From the human T2T-CHM13v2.0 reference genome, Homo sapiens: a DNA stretch of 64,000 nucleotides. Location of the stretch: NCBI RefSeq assembly GCF_009914755.1, contig NC_060929.1; one strand, given 5' to 3'. Under the pieces are notes generated by a model that saw only the letters and a list, made by a program, of their open reading frames with translations, did no database searches and had not been told where the DNA came from. Within the stretch, counting starts at the first letter, position 1. Each line of letters begins with the position of its first letter. A program made the translations under genes and the position numbers. Of the stretch, positions 46,400 to 61,809 are shown piece after piece.

Positions 46400-46552
46400 C
46401 CGGAAAGCAAGGGTTAATCCTATTTTAAATAGGGGGAAACTGAAGCTCACAGAAGTGAAGAGAATGATTTATTCAAGGTCATTCAAGCAGTAAGTGCTAA
46501 ACTGGGACTCACACCAATTCTTCTAAGTTTAGGGCTCTTTCTACCATACCAG
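46400..46552 (-). mobile_element. MIR
   Basis: cctatttta...gggaaactgaagctcacagaagt...caaggtca. Confidence 0.65.
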
Positions 46553-46649
46553 AGGTACCATCTCCACCACAGTCTATAGCAGGGAAAAACTGAGCATGTA
46601 GAACAAGCAAGCAGGACAGGTTTCTAGTTCCTCTAAATGTGAACATTAA

Positions 46650-47385
46650 TGAAAATAAAATTGAAAAGACAGATAATAACAAGTGTTGGCAAGACTGTGT
46701 AGAAATTAGACTCTTAAACTCTGCTAGCAGGATTATAAAATGGTGCAACCACTCTGGAAGGGAGTCTGGGAGTTCCTCAGAATATTAAATGTAAAGTTGC
46801 CATACGTCCCAGCCATTCTACTCCTAGGTATATATCCAAGAGAAATGGAAACATATGTCCACACCAAAATGTATATACAAATATTCACAATAGCAAAAAA
46901 GTAGCAACAACCAGAATGTCTATCAACTAATGAACAGATGTGGTGTATCAGTACAATGGAATATTATTTGGAAATAAAAAGAAAGTGTGAAAGTGAATAC
47001 GTGCTACAACATGGAAGAACACTGAAAACATTGTATTACATGAAAAAAGCCAAACATAAAAGGGTACATATTATATTACAGTATTCCACTTATATGAAAT
47101 GTCCAGAATAGGCAAATCCATAGAGACAAAAAGTAGATTGGTAGTTGCCAAGGGCTGAGGAAAAGGAATAAATCAGGAGTGATGCTATGGGTTACAGAAT
47201 TTCTTTTGGGACTGATGAAAATTTACTGAAATTAGATAGTAGCAATAGTGAATACACTAAACTGTGAATATACTAAATATGAATATACTAAACCACTGTG
47301 AATACACTAAAACCATGGAATAGTACACCTTAAATGGGTGAATTTTGTGGTATGTAAATTACATCTCAATAAAGTTATTTTTTAA
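46650..47385 (+). mobile_element. L1MB-type LINE 3' end
   Basis: aataacaagtgttggcaag..aaatggtgcaaccactctgg..gtccagaataggcaaatccatagagac..atctcaataaag. Confidence 0.9.
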
Positions 47386-47473
47386 AGAGGTGAAAAAAAT
47401 TAAAGGAAATGCTCAGAAAACAAGAAAAATGGAAAATATTATAAAAATCAATTATGTAAAATTTCCTCCTTAA

Positions 47474-47761
<288 letters not shown>

Positions 47762-47946
47762 TGAATTTTAAATACAACTACGAAAAGTATATTATTTTGG
47801 TGTTTTCTGTTAATTAGATGAAATAACGACACAAATGCTTTTTAACTGTTAAGCAAAGTGTCTACATGATCAGTCATTAATTTATAATTCACTTTCCTTT
47901 GAGGCTTGACAATTTCACTTTGTTAGATTCCTTTAAGAGAAATCTC

Positions 47947-48272
<326 letters not shown>

Positions 48273-48274
48273 TC

Positions 48275-48810
48275 ATTCTCATTCTGTTCAAAATCTTCCA
48301 ATGGCTTTCCATTGCACCTAGAATAAAATCCAGACCCCTTTGCATGACCTATTAAGGCCCAATATAATCTGCCTGTTGGCTCGCACCCCAACCTTATTTG
48401 CTACCTTTCCTTCCTTCTCTGATTTGGTCTGGCTATACTGCCCTCCGTTTTGTTTCTCAAACACACTAGTGTGTTTCTGCTTCAAGGACTTTGTACGTAC
48501 TGTTTACTCATTTATCCATGTGGCTTACTCCTTGATTTTACTTAAGTTTCTCCTTCAGTGATAGCTCCTCCATGAGCTGTATTTCAAACTGCAAACATAT
48601 ACCCCACCTTCTACATCCATTTAATCTCTTATACTTTTCTTACCAACTATGTGATGTAAAGAATATTTCTACTTGTCCATTATCCATTTCCTGCTGGAAT
48701 ATAACCCCACAAAGACAGTGTAGTTTTATTTTATTCACTGCTGTAACTCCAGTGCTAACAATAGGGAAATCAACAGTATTTGTTAAAAAAGTAGATAAAC
48801 AATCAGATGA
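48275..48810 (+). mobile_element. L2 3' region
   Basis: ttcaaaatcttccaatggctttccattgcac.tagaataaaatcc...ttcactgctgtaactccagtgc. Confidence 0.7.
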
Positions 48811-49197
48811 ACCTTAATGAAAGTGTTTAGAAAACTATAAAGTATCATGAGCTCTTTAGATATAGGAGTCAATTTGGGGCACTTAGGGGTGCATATCTAG
48901 CACGTTTAAAGGTTTGATAGATTCATGAATGAATGAAGTTGTTATGTCTAAGAATAATCATGTTAGGATAGATCTATATATTTAAATAAAGACATGGGTA
49001 ACAATTACTAAAGATTTCTTAATTTTTCCTTTAGTTTTCTACTGTAAAAAAATACTTTGTTATCCTCTCCAATTTTTTCAGCACTAAGTAGAACACTCCT
49101 TAGAAATCCTGGATCTGTGTCCTTACTTAAAACAAGGCAAGTTAGGAAAAGCACCCCCATTATATGTTTCCCCAGTGGGCCAAAAGACTCACACTTT

Positions 49198-49500
<303 letters not shown>

Positions 49501-49602
49501 AAGACTCACACTTTCAAAGACCTAATGGGAAAGTAAAAAGGAGAACAGTAAGGGAAATACCTGAGATTTACAAAAGGAAGGACAAAGAGTAATGGAGAGA
49601 AC

Positions 49603-50104
49603 TGATGAGGGTCAGGACACACTTCCCCAAAATATGGTACCTTGGCATTTGAGAAAATAGCAGAAGGAGGAAGGTCACTCTCACCTTCCCCACATCCTTT
49701 TTCTGACCTTCCCCTGAAGCAGGTCATAAGACTTTCATGTGAGAGGTGCCCACTCTATATCCACAAGAAAGGAACATCCTCATGTCTGATGATACAGGGA
49801 CACAGAGAAGAATCTCAACAGACAAGACTTGGTAAGTTCTTCCCAGTTTATTACCATTAGATCATAACCCTTTTGTCCAATCACACTTCTCTGTATTGAC
49901 TGACTTTTTCATCAAACCTAGCATAAAAAATATACAGGTTTACCTGTTTCTTTAGGTTTTAATTTCCTTATGAAAGCCCCTATGCCACATAAAACTTATA
50001 TTTAAATACATTTGTATGTTTTTTTTCTTGATTATCTGTCTTGTTATAGGGGTCTGAGCCATGAACCCAGTAAGGGATAAGAAGAGAAATTTCTTTCCCC
50101 CACA
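49603..50104 (+). mobile_element. Solo LTR (MER34/MER39/LTR47-like)
   Basis: TG...CA ends; ccccaaaatatggtaccttggcat; attagatcat..cttttgtccaatcac shared with 26004 LTR; flanks gaac/gaat. Confidence 0.75.
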
Positions 50105-52369
50105 GAATGGAATACCAGTTAGTGCCCCACTCCCAGATTCCCATACTGTACTATGGGAATATTTAATTACATTATTGCATTAGCTCAATGTAAACAATGT
50201 ATATCAATACAAGAGCAATACATGATTAAGATGTTCTGAGACATCTTTGATCACAATACTACATTTTATCGGAATCACTTTTCAAACATCAAATTCATTC
50301 AGTCCACAGAAGGTGGGGTCATGGGGTTGAGGGAGAGAACACTTCCATTCTATTAAAATCAGAGAAAGAATTCCTTTTCCTTATAATGAATATTTCCATT
50401 TAAAAGTCTGCCATATGACTGAGTCACATACCTTCATTCTCTTCTAGGTTACAGGTAAATAAGTGATTAAGATCATAGCCTATTGGTACCACACAGCTTC
50501 TAAATGGGAAGGGTGTGCCCGTAGCTCACACCTCCTCCTTGGCCAGCCAAGCAAAACTCTCACTGCTCTGTCAGTACTCATTCTCACTCACTTGTTTTAA
50601 AATCCAGTGGTTTACTGGGTTCAAGAACACCCAAGCAGAACCTGAGCATAATTTTGAATTAATCTCTTATAAGATCCTCTCTTCAAGTTTAATTTGAAAG
50701 AAATTCATCAGTAATATAGTCTATTTATTTATATTAACAACTGAAATAGACTAAAGTACATATTTCTAAAAATAGAATTTCTGAAATTTCTTAACTAGAT
50801 ATTAATGGAAATAATTGCGGTACATCACAGCTATGTCATACAAAACAGAAAAACCTATGAATTAATGCATGTATTCATAAAGAAAATTGTCACTTGAATG
50901 TGGGAATCAGATTTTAATTAATGGGCTCTTTTTATCAAATTTGTAAACAGTTTACCATTTGAAAGTAGTTTCCTATTTAGAACCCTAGTTTCCACAGAGG
51001 AGAAGAAGGCACAAGATTAAATGATTTCCATTTTTCGATGCTGAGTAATGTACAATTTTTTCAAAGTATTCTTTATTTTCTTGTTTAAAAATTTGTTATT
51101 TTTTATGAGAATCATAACCTGCCAATCCTACTGCAGCTTTCTTTCTTTTTCAGTATATTAGCATGCAAAAAAAAAAGGGGCGAATTTGTGCCTCAGAATT
51201 TTCACAGTGCCATTATTTGCTGTACCTAGTTTCTTTTTAAGGAGAAAAAGCCCTGCACATCTTTATTAGGATGGCATTTGATTTTTTGTATTAACCTTCT
51301 AAAGAGTGGTTAAACTAAAATATCATAATAATTATTAAACTAGGTACTAAGCCTCCCTTTCCTCCTCCCTAATACATTGAATAGTCCACATTCACCAGCA
51401 TCAAGTCTCTTTTACTAGGACAATGGCAACAAGAAATCTTCAACAAGTGCTGGCCTGACCCCTTTCCTTTTTCTACAGTTCCAGCTGAGCAGCAAAAACT
51501 GCTTGAAATTCAGCAATCACATTTCTCACTGTTTCAGAATGACCTATTTCGCACTAGAATGAACCAGTGAATTCATACATATAAATAACTATCTGCAGAC
51601 CCTGCTTTTCAAAACATGAACAGAAATAAGTAAAAAGAAGAAAAAAAAAAGAAAGAAAAGAAAAGAAAAAGAAGAAAGAGGGAGCAGCAGTTACAAATAA
51701 AGGTTTGATTGGATTGGTATTTTTCAATTGTTTGATATGATAATTGGAAACAAAACAAGACTATATAACTTAGATATCAATGTTACATTTAAAGTTTTTT
51801 GGAATTGTCAATAAATAATATTCATGATAGTTCAAACTAAAGTCAGATTATTTTTCTCTAAAACACACATCATCATATTCTTATTTATTTAAGCTATCTT
51901 GGGAACTAAGAGAAAAGGCTGTAAGCATTTCTTAGCAGAATATGCTTATAAATTAGCTACACTATCATTCATTCTTAAGTATTTATTGAATGCTGTATAC
52001 AAGATCTAGTTACATGCTACATCCTGCAAACACAAAGTTTCTAAGACCTTCTGATCTCTCAGGATAATCCCCAATTATAATAATCTTTTAATCTCAGTCA
52101 GTGTAAAAAACTGTCTGTACATGCTAGCTTTTTCAACTAGGCTACGGGACCACACTTGATTCATCTCTGTATTTCCAATAATTAATAAAATCCTATTACA
52201 TAATTAACTCTCAATAAATGTTTACAAATGGATTGATTACTTAGTCACTGCCCTTGAGCTTACAGAAGTTCAAGCAGTGTTCAGAGAACCCAGTATATAG
52301 ATCATGTTAGCACTCTGTCATAAATCTGTTGACACACATTGAACAAGGGGTAATGCTGCATAATAATAT

Positions 52370-53210
52370 CTGAGAGAAAGGAGACAAATGAGGACAGCCA
52401 TATACATAAGTAAAACGTTCAATGCCTGGAGAGAGTTTCTGGATGCGGCAAGGGAAAGGAGATCCCAAACAGGCCCAACAGTCTTGCTTGGCTTAGGAGA
52501 CAGAGTTTAGGGCTCTAGGACACCAAGGTGACCAGAATATGCTGGGAAGAGTGCCAGAAAGGAGGCAGATGCACAGAAAGGGCAAGTGAGCAAGCTCTGG
52601 AGATAGGCACAGTCCAATTGAGTCTTTGGTTGAATACTGGTCTGGTCACATAAAAAAGAAAACTACTGAGGCCAGAGAAAGAACCATCATTAAGGAATAA
52701 GTGGGAAATATCTGGAGCTTAGGCCTGGGAGTACTTGATACTTCCATGAGCTTGGATAGAAATGACCTGCTAATTCACAGGGCATTGAGTCAAGGACTCA
52801 GAAGGGCAATGCCTCACTAGTGTGGCTGAATTAGCCCTTGACTAAACACTGTTCAGGATTTACCCATCAAACTGTGCCCAAGTAACTTTAATTCTTCCCA
52901 GAACAAGGCCCAGAAATATTTAAAGAATTTTTTAAAAATCAATACCAAACATCGTCATATTCACAACGTTGGTCATCTGGTCAAAATTACTAGGCATGAA
53001 AAGAAACAGGAAAACATATCCCATGAGGAGAAAAAACAATCAATATAAATAGACATATAAATGACATAGATGATAGAATTAGTGAACAAGGCATTTAATC
53101 AGGTATTAAAATATATTACTGCTCAAGAAGGAGAAGGAATGCATGAACATGATCAAGAGTGAAATGAAAGTTGTAAAAAGATCCAAATCAAACTTCTACA
53201 GATGAAATGG
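52370..53210 (+). mobile_element. Ancient L1M 5'UTR/ORF1-start fragment
   Basis: aaaattactaggcatgaaaagaaacaggaaaac...aatgacatagatgatagaattag...caaacttctacagatgaaa. Confidence 0.7.
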
Positions 53211-53246
53211 TATGCTAATATGCTTCAAGGTCAAAATATTATAAAT

Positions 53247-53312
53247 TTAACAAATATTGTATTTTCATAAAACTTTACTTAACAAATATTGTATTTTCAT
53301 AAAACTTTACTT
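53247..53312. repeat. Perfect 32-bp tandem duplication
   Basis: ttaacaaatattgtattttcataaaactttac x2. Confidence 0.95.
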
Positions 53313-53599
53313 CCTCTGGTATCTTCTGATATTTTAACTGTAAAATAGGGGTAAAGTGGGAGTAGACATTATGTCACATCTCACTGGTCCCAAACTTTTT
53401 CTTAATTCACCATTCATATTCTTAATTAATCTTTCTAATATTCTTCATCTATTCTACCTCCATTTACAGACAGAAAGTCATACTCCTAAAATTGCCTAGC
53501 ATACAGTGATCAAGTTGACTGCAATCTAGAGTTTGCTAATAACTCACCCAGTCTTTCTCATACTTCTTACTTACACCCAGACCACTTTTATCCAGACTT

Positions 53600-53745
53600 G
53601 GCAGTATTGCAGGGAAGGTATGGGCAGGGCATCAGAGACATGCATTCCCATCTGAGCTCTGCCTCTGTCTGAAGACCACATGGGCATGTGGCTAACCTGA
53701 CTAGATCTCAGTCTCTTTATTTTCTAAGTTAAAAGACGGGATGTA
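53600..53745 (+). mobile_element. MIR fragment
   Basis: gctctgcctct..gacc...ctcagtctctttattttctaa. Confidence 0.4.
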
Positions 53746-54143
53746 ATCTGCAACTTTAAAACACACTTTAACTACTGAGCCTTTAAATCTAATATGCAAG
53801 AGAGATAGATGCTATGCTAAGCTTGCATTATGTGTATATATTTAAAAAAACAATTTTTCCAACATATGCACATGTGTATATATGCTATACACATATATAT
53901 ATATAAATAAATTTTTCTTCCAGTGTATCGAGAATGGAAGGAAATATGAATGGGGGTAATAAATGTGAGCAAATCCAGTAAAGTAAATGAAAATTATGGG
54001 CAAGTGGACAGAAAAAAAGTAATTCTGAGATGTTCTCCGATGGAGGACAGCTACTGAAGGACTCTCAGAGGCACCATTAAAAAGTAGTAAATCTCTCTGA
54101 GAAATGTCCCCATTGAACTAAACACTCCTCACATTAAAAATGT

Positions 54144-54194
54144 CCAATTTTAGGTATACCTAAATTGGTAAAATACCTAAATTTAGGTATTTTA
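54144..54194. repeat. Two abutting palindromes
   Basis: CCAA-T-TTTAGGTATACCTAAA-TTGG followed by perfect 26-bp TAAAATACCTAAATTTAGGTATTTTA. Confidence 0.9.
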
Positions 54195-56239
54195 AAATTC
54201 TCTTTTCTTGTTAATCTGGAAAGTCTATCCCCAGAATCATTCTATACCATATATCCGTCTAATCTGACATAATCCCTAAACACTACACTTGAAATAGTCA
54301 TGCCAGGAATGAAGCTGTGTGTAACTATTCTTCAGAAAATTGGCTTTTCAAAAGAAAATGTGCATCAGAATTAAGGCATAATTAATTAAGAAATATCCAT
54401 TTCAGTTTCTTCTATTTTTAGAACTTTTACACATAGAACAAATGTATAATTATTAATTTTGAGTCATTTAAACAGAATAATCCTTTGTATGTCTCTTTCA
54501 GTTATACAAAAAGACTTGTGGCAGTCAACTATTTGCATTACACAGCAGTGCTGTATATGAAGGTCATGAAGCTAATCTTCATTATCATTCTGTAATAAAT
54601 AAACAAGAAAGTACCCCTCCCGAAGAGTTTATACTCCATTGTACGAACATAACATGTACATATTTTACATAATCCAGTTCCCAGAACTTTACAATTGTTT
54701 ATTTATTGTGCATAGTAACCATTTGCTTACTCTTAAAGTACTTCTGATTTGTATCTTAGTGAGTTTATTCCATTCAATTCCCTATAAGTTGTCTCTTGTT
54801 TCCAAATTATTATAAATTCAGTATGACATCAAGCATAAATCATCATTTATATTAATTGAGTGTTATTGTTAATGAAAGACAATTAGGTATACATCAATAA
54901 ATGTCTGATTCAAACAAATTAGGCAAGAAAATAATTTTATAGCCAATAATGAGAAATAAAGTTGTTGTGTGTTCAGTAGCCCCACATTCTTTGTTTGTGA
55001 TGGTGTAGGATACTAAGTGACTTTTATATTCTTATTTGTGGACATTTGTTTTTCAAACTATGTATATCAGAAAGACATTCAAATGGGCAAAATTTACCCT
55101 GATACTGAGTGGAGCACACAAATGCTTGGCACATTGAAAATGCTTCAAGCTTGGTTGGCTTTTCAATGCCTGTAAAGAGAATTAGAGATAGGCCACTGAA
55201 TGCCAATCACACTACTGCATCTATTCACCACATTTAAATTCTTAGGGTGAACATATTTATCATTGGCTTGTGATGCTACATCATTTTTTAATATTGCTCT
55301 CAAGCTGCTGGATAGAATTTCATGTCCTAAGTCCAGAGAAACAAGGTAAATGACAAACATGTTGCAGATTTCTTATCTGGAATATTAACAGAGTGTCTCT
55401 AATCCTATACAGAAATGTAGTCCAAAAAATGTAGTGATTTCAAAATGGTGTGCACTCTTTTAAGTGTATATAAGATCATAATCCCCAAGCAATTTTTTAA
55501 ATGACTGCATCAATGACAATTGGGCAAATTCAAGACGTATTTAAAGAAAACCTGAGGAATGATTATTAGGAAATATAGGAAGGTGTCTATTGTCCAAGTG
55601 CAATAAACTGCTAGAACAGTAAGTACTCAAGTAAGGCAAACAAAAGTATTCACCTCTTCCTAGTACCCAGAGGAAAATCAGAATGTTCAAACTAGGAGGA
55701 AAAAAAGAGAAACAGGAGAAGCATGGGCTTTATTCACTGTTTTTTTAAGCCTAAGTCAGTTTTTAAAATATGAGAATTGAGTATGTAGGTAGGTTGAAGC
55801 TGATACAAAAAAAAATTATAGTATTTAAAATTTTTTTTAAAAAAGCTCACGCTATCATATATATAAACTTAGTCCTTAAATTCTAGAACGGACCTTATTT
55901 TTTACACTAACTGTTTCTATGTAAATCTCATTGGCTCAATTCATTACAAAATTGGTGAGGTAGGCACTGAGGCAAATTGAAAAGGACAGGACACTAGATA
56001 GAAGTGGTCGTCAACACTCAGTTCAAGCTGCTGGGGGAAAGGAGAAATGCAGACACAGTATTTTCACATCTTTCCATCTTTAAGAAAAAAAAAAAGAAGA
56101 GTAAAATCTCCCAGTTTTTAAATATTTACAACTAATTAAAGGTTGAAAAAGTTATTTCTCTGAGTAGTTCTACAAAATGACCCACATATACACACCATGT
56201 CAGTAAAGAGCAACTGAGCAAGATGAAAAGCAGTAAGAA

Positions 56240-56400
56240 TTAGAGCTATCAGAGATCAAAGAGAAGGCCCCAAGATATCTTCTCATCTGGCCCCCTGCCT
56301 GCAGACAGGTAAGATATTCATCTACTTTAAAAGCTGAGGCAGTCAAGGCTCAAAGAGATTAAAATGAGCTTGTCCAAAATCACACTGAAAGTAAATAACA
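56240..56400 (-). mobile_element. MIR fragment
   Basis: aaggctcaaagagattaaaatgagcttgtccaaaatcacac. Confidence 0.5.
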
Positions 56401-56814
56401 TAACAGGCTGACCACCTTCCATGACTGTTTTTGTTTGTTTTTAAGCTAAATAACCATTGGCTTGGAAATTTTACTGAATAAGTCATGGCCTGAGAAAAGA
56501 TGAAAAGATCTAACAAAAATTTTGAAATAAAGGTGACAGTGAACAAAATCCCCATAGAAAGAATGTAGTAAACAAAAAAGAAAACAGAAACAAGAAAAAC
56601 ACTAAAGTTAAGAAAGCATATAATAAGGAGCATAGTAAGGGTTTCTCTGCCTTATATACGTAAAATTACTAAAGAATAGTGGTCTAGGAGAAAGAACAAC
56701 AAAATATAAAGCAGATGGAGAATCAAGTTAGGTAGTTAAGAGGTTAATATGCAATCCATGGGAGGGTAGTGAATATCATTAATTCAAATCGGGCAATTAA
56801 AAATAATAAAATAG

Positions 56815-57197
<383 letters not shown>

Positions 57198-58639
57198 TTA
57201 TGTGCACAAAAATTTCTTATCACTCAAAAAAACAGCTCAGATAGATCCATCCTGGGATTAACACCCAGGTATTTAATTCCCAATCTGGCCAGCAGCCTTG
57301 TATCCTCAGCTTTGGCAGGACTGAGAGGGTAATTCTCTGCCCTATAGGTAGGTGACTCTACAAACAGAAAAGGGGAGAGAATACATTAAAAAAAAATTGG
57401 TGAAAATAATTTTCATAATTTTGTTAGGGCTGTGGATATTTCATTTGTTATTTCAAGTGTATGAAATGTTTAAGAGAATCTGACACATTGGGAAATCGAC
57501 TTAAGGCTTGTAGTTTTTATTTAAAATATTTAGAGCGATTCACTAGTAGTAATCTTGACATTTTAATTTTAAATACTTAAGGACAGTTTGATTGACTAAG
57601 TTTATATACAGTGTTTAAAAACTGATTGACTAATGCATACATTTGGCTTTCATGTGAAAGTGGTGTTTAAGTGCTCAGGAAGACTTGCATTAGATTTGTA
57701 AGGCTGCCTTCCCAGAGATTGAGAGTGCTTGGGAAAATTAAGCATATTGGGGGTTACAATTTGAAAAGTCTAAAGGAATGCAATTAATCAAGTTTGAAAA
57801 TGATGTGAAATGTTTAATAGAATTTAGTCTCTCAAACGTATAAGCTAACTGATTGCTAATTAAGGAACAAATGAAAAAGAGTGTTTTAAATATAACCCCA
57901 AATTACTAGATTATGAATAAAATAAGATTTATAAATTGAGCTTAAAGGCTTATGAAAACTTGGCTTTATAATTTAAAATTTTTAAAAATGTTAATTACAA
58001 CACAGTAACTATGAGTATGCCTTTCACGTACAAAAGACCCTCAAAGATTAAAATCCCAAATGACTATGAAGATGACATTAATTTCTCTAATCAAAAGATG
58101 AGTATTTTTCAAAAAACGTTGAGGTATTAATAGGTAGTCCATGAGGAAAAGGGGTCTGTGGTTTGGGGGGCAAAAAAAGCACAAGAAGGAGCTACTAACT
58201 ACACCCCCTCTCGGAAATCCCTGGCCTATATTATAAAGGTTTTGAGAAGGCCTGCAATTAAGAAATGTTTCATATTTCAGTTTTTGACACAGGAGTTCAC
58301 GGATGCTTATTAACATCTTGCAGAACTGCCAGAGATGCTCTAGAAAGCACAGTTTGGGAAGCCCTACATTAGATAGCTGAGAAAAAACTCCTTCAAGTAT
58401 TCTTCTTTGTCAGCATACTAGAAACCGTAAGGAATGAAAAAGCAGGAGATGGAGGGAGGTTGAAGTTTCCATTATTTGGCATTACCACATAATACCTGGC
58501 AGGTGGGCTAACTTAATGATATGGTATAGTTCTACCTCAGGATTTTTTCATGTATTCCCAGGGTCCAAAGCCACTGTTTGTGCTTTCCTAAGTATAACAC
58601 TTGAGCCTGTTCTCTTCTTAAAACTCCATGCATGTGTAA

Positions 58640-59560
58640 GATTTTCACTATAACCTATATCCTGGATGACTCCAAAATCCTTATCTCCAGTCCTGACTTC
58701 CATCTTCAGATTCAAACCCAACTGAGTAAGGGACATCCCTGCCTGGTGGACCTACAATAACTTCAAATTCAACATGTTCAAAACTGAGTCCATTCTTTTC
58801 CATCCAAAAGTTGTTTGTGCTGCAACTTTCCACAGTTCTGTTACAGTATCCCATCTACCCAGGTGCTCAAGCTAAAAACTTGAGAAAATTCTAGAGTCCC
58901 TCATCTCCCTCAGCCTCCACATGGGTAAGATCTTTTGCAACACATCCTTGATCGCACTTAAGTTCATCCTTTCCTTTCCATTTTGGTTTTCACTACTGAC
59001 ATTTAGGATGTCATAATTTGTTTCCCTGGACCTTTGCAATCTTCTCTGGTAGACTGTCCTTCTTATGATCTTCCTCTGTAGTCCATTGTATGCAGGTGTT
59101 TTTAATTTTGTTTTTTAGTGTAAGTCAATGTTTCCCCATCATCTATATATAATATTCTAAATTCTTGGCATAATATCCATAGTCCTTCATGCTCCAACTC
59201 CTACTTACCTCTCTAGACCCCTCTCTCACTATCACCTCCAGGCTTATGCTATGTTCTGGACACATCCAACTTCTCGCACTTCCAAGTACACACAGTGATC
59301 CTTCAGATCTATTTTACACATGTGATTTTCCTTAGAACACCCTTACTATATTCTCTTCTCCCAAAAAACTCCTAACTCATCCATGAAGATTCAAATGAGA
59401 CGCCACCTCCTCTGGGAAGCCTCTCCTATCCTTTACATATTTCCTTTTTTTTCTGGCTTAGTTCACCACATTTTATTCATATATGCAAAAGGCACTCATT
59501 TCAAATTGCTGCAATTATTTGCTTTACATAGCTGCCATACCCACTAAGACTGGAACAACA
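58640..59560 (+). mobile_element. L2 LINE fragment
   Basis: gatgactccaaaatc..atctccag, tcaaattcaacatgttcaaaactga, cacctcctctgggaagcct. Confidence 0.75.
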
Positions 59561-61007
59561 TGGAGGCAAAAGAGGATGCCAGTATCTTATTAAAAATATA
59601 AATAAATTCAAGAGAATGTGACATTCCAATAGCCTCTTATTACTCTTGTTAAGTGCTCAGGGTGAGGACTGCACAGGGTCAGATGGGAAGCTCCTGCCTG
59701 ACCCTGGCATGGATAATCATGTCCTGAGGTTGTGCAAGGGGAATGCCACTAGTCCCAAATCAACAAGCTCATTCTATTCATAGCCTGGAATAAATCAGGC
59801 ACTTCAGGGAATGGAAACTGCTATTCTCCCCAGGAGGAACCAGGGCTATATGAGCAGGTCAGAGTACCTGCCTTGGGCATGTCAGGTGCCCAGCCAGCTG
59901 TGAAGTTCTTCCTAGCCTTGCTCAGTTGGAAGCAGCATAATAGGGCCCATTGTTAACAGAAAATCAGGACCCTCAACTTCAGAAGGAATATATTTCTCTT
60001 TCTCTAAAACTCAATGAAGAAAGTTCTGGAATATAGGCCTTAAGCACCAATGAAATTGCAGCATTCATATTTTTGTCAGAAAATTAAATAAGAACATCTG
60101 ATACTCTAATGAGGAGGAATTAGCTGTATAGTAACTTGTTACTTTACTTAGACATTTTGCACAAGGTTCTATGTAAGGAGAATACACAATCTACTCATTT
60201 TGAACCTATTTAATCCCACTATATTATAACAATAGCAATTCCTGATCATTTCCCTATGATTTTAAATAATTCTGTAGAACAAAATTTAGTAAAGATTAAC
60301 CTGTGACTGAATTTCCATGTTACAGAACTTCAGGAAATAAAGAAGGTGGCCCACAACCAGTGGTATCTGATGGGTCACCCATTGGCTCCAAAGCACTGCT
60401 TGATCAGGCCCTGGCATTAGACTTGCTTCATAGTGTGCATTCATTATTACTGCAAACACATGCTGCACTTGTGCTCTTTGTGTTGGTCTACAATTAACTT
60501 TTGCCTACCTTCATTCCCACTCCAAAAACTAGGCACTAGGTGAAACGAAACTGGCTTGAGAACAGCATCTTAATGTGACTTAGAGGAAAACAAACTCTCG
60601 TGGGGAAGGGGAAATGCAAAACATTCCCCTATTCCAGTGTTTTGGAACAAAGAGGTTGATTCATAGCCTAAATAAAACTAGTTTAAATCAGGTAGCAAAG
60701 CACCACTTATTATCCAAATTTAATGAAAAAGTGGCTTATAAGATGGAAGTTCTGTAAATAATTCTATTGTGTTTAATCTCACCTTTGTAAGAGATGATGT
60801 TTCAGTTTGACCATTATATAACTAAGATATTTCATAGAAAACAATAAAAAACCATTTTAACTGCATGACACCGATAAAAAAAAGCTCTGTTTACTGAATG
60901 TGTACTTGGATGCTATCAACAATTAAGACCATGAAGTTCCTATATCATTGAGAAAAATTTAATTGATACAATTATGAGTTTATAGTTTGATCTAAAAGTT
61001 TCACTGG

Positions 61008-61275
61008 GGCTGGGTGCAGTGGCTCACATGAATAATCTCAGCGCTTTGGGAGGTGGAGGCAGGAGGATCACTTGAGGCCAGGAGTTTGAGACCAGCCTGG
61101 TCAACACAGCAAGACTCTTATCTCTACAAAAAAACATAAAAATCAGCCAGGCCTGGTGGCATGTGCCTGTAGTCGTAGCTACTCAGAAGGCTGAGGCAGG
61201 AGGATTCTTTGAGCCCAGGAGTTCGAGGTTGCAGACAGCTAGGAGGCAGAGCAAGACTCTGTCTCTAAATAAATA
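61008..61275 (+). mobile_element. AluJ-like SINE with right-arm deletion
   Basis: aggatcacttgaggccaggagtttgag; TSD gtttcactg. Confidence 0.9.
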
Positions 61276-61277
61276 CT

Positions 61278-61350
61278 TGTTTCACTGATGTATCCTTAGT
61301 GCCTAGAATAGTGCCTGGAAGCACTCAAATACTGATTGAATGAATGAATG
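61278..61350 (+). mobile_element. L2 3' terminus
   Basis: agtgcctagaatagtgcctgg..cactcaaata..tgaatgaatgaatg. Confidence 0.7.
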
Positions 61351-61506
61351 CTTATCCTTAATCACAATATGTATTTTTTTTATAAAAAAAGAACCAAAAA
61401 CAGAACAAAGTTTAAAAGCTCAGAAGAATACAGGAATTTGAGATTCAGTCCTTCACCGTTAAATAATTTCTAAGTAAACAGGCTATACCGTTAAGAAAAT
61501 CTTTTT

Positions 61507-61809
<303 letters not shown>

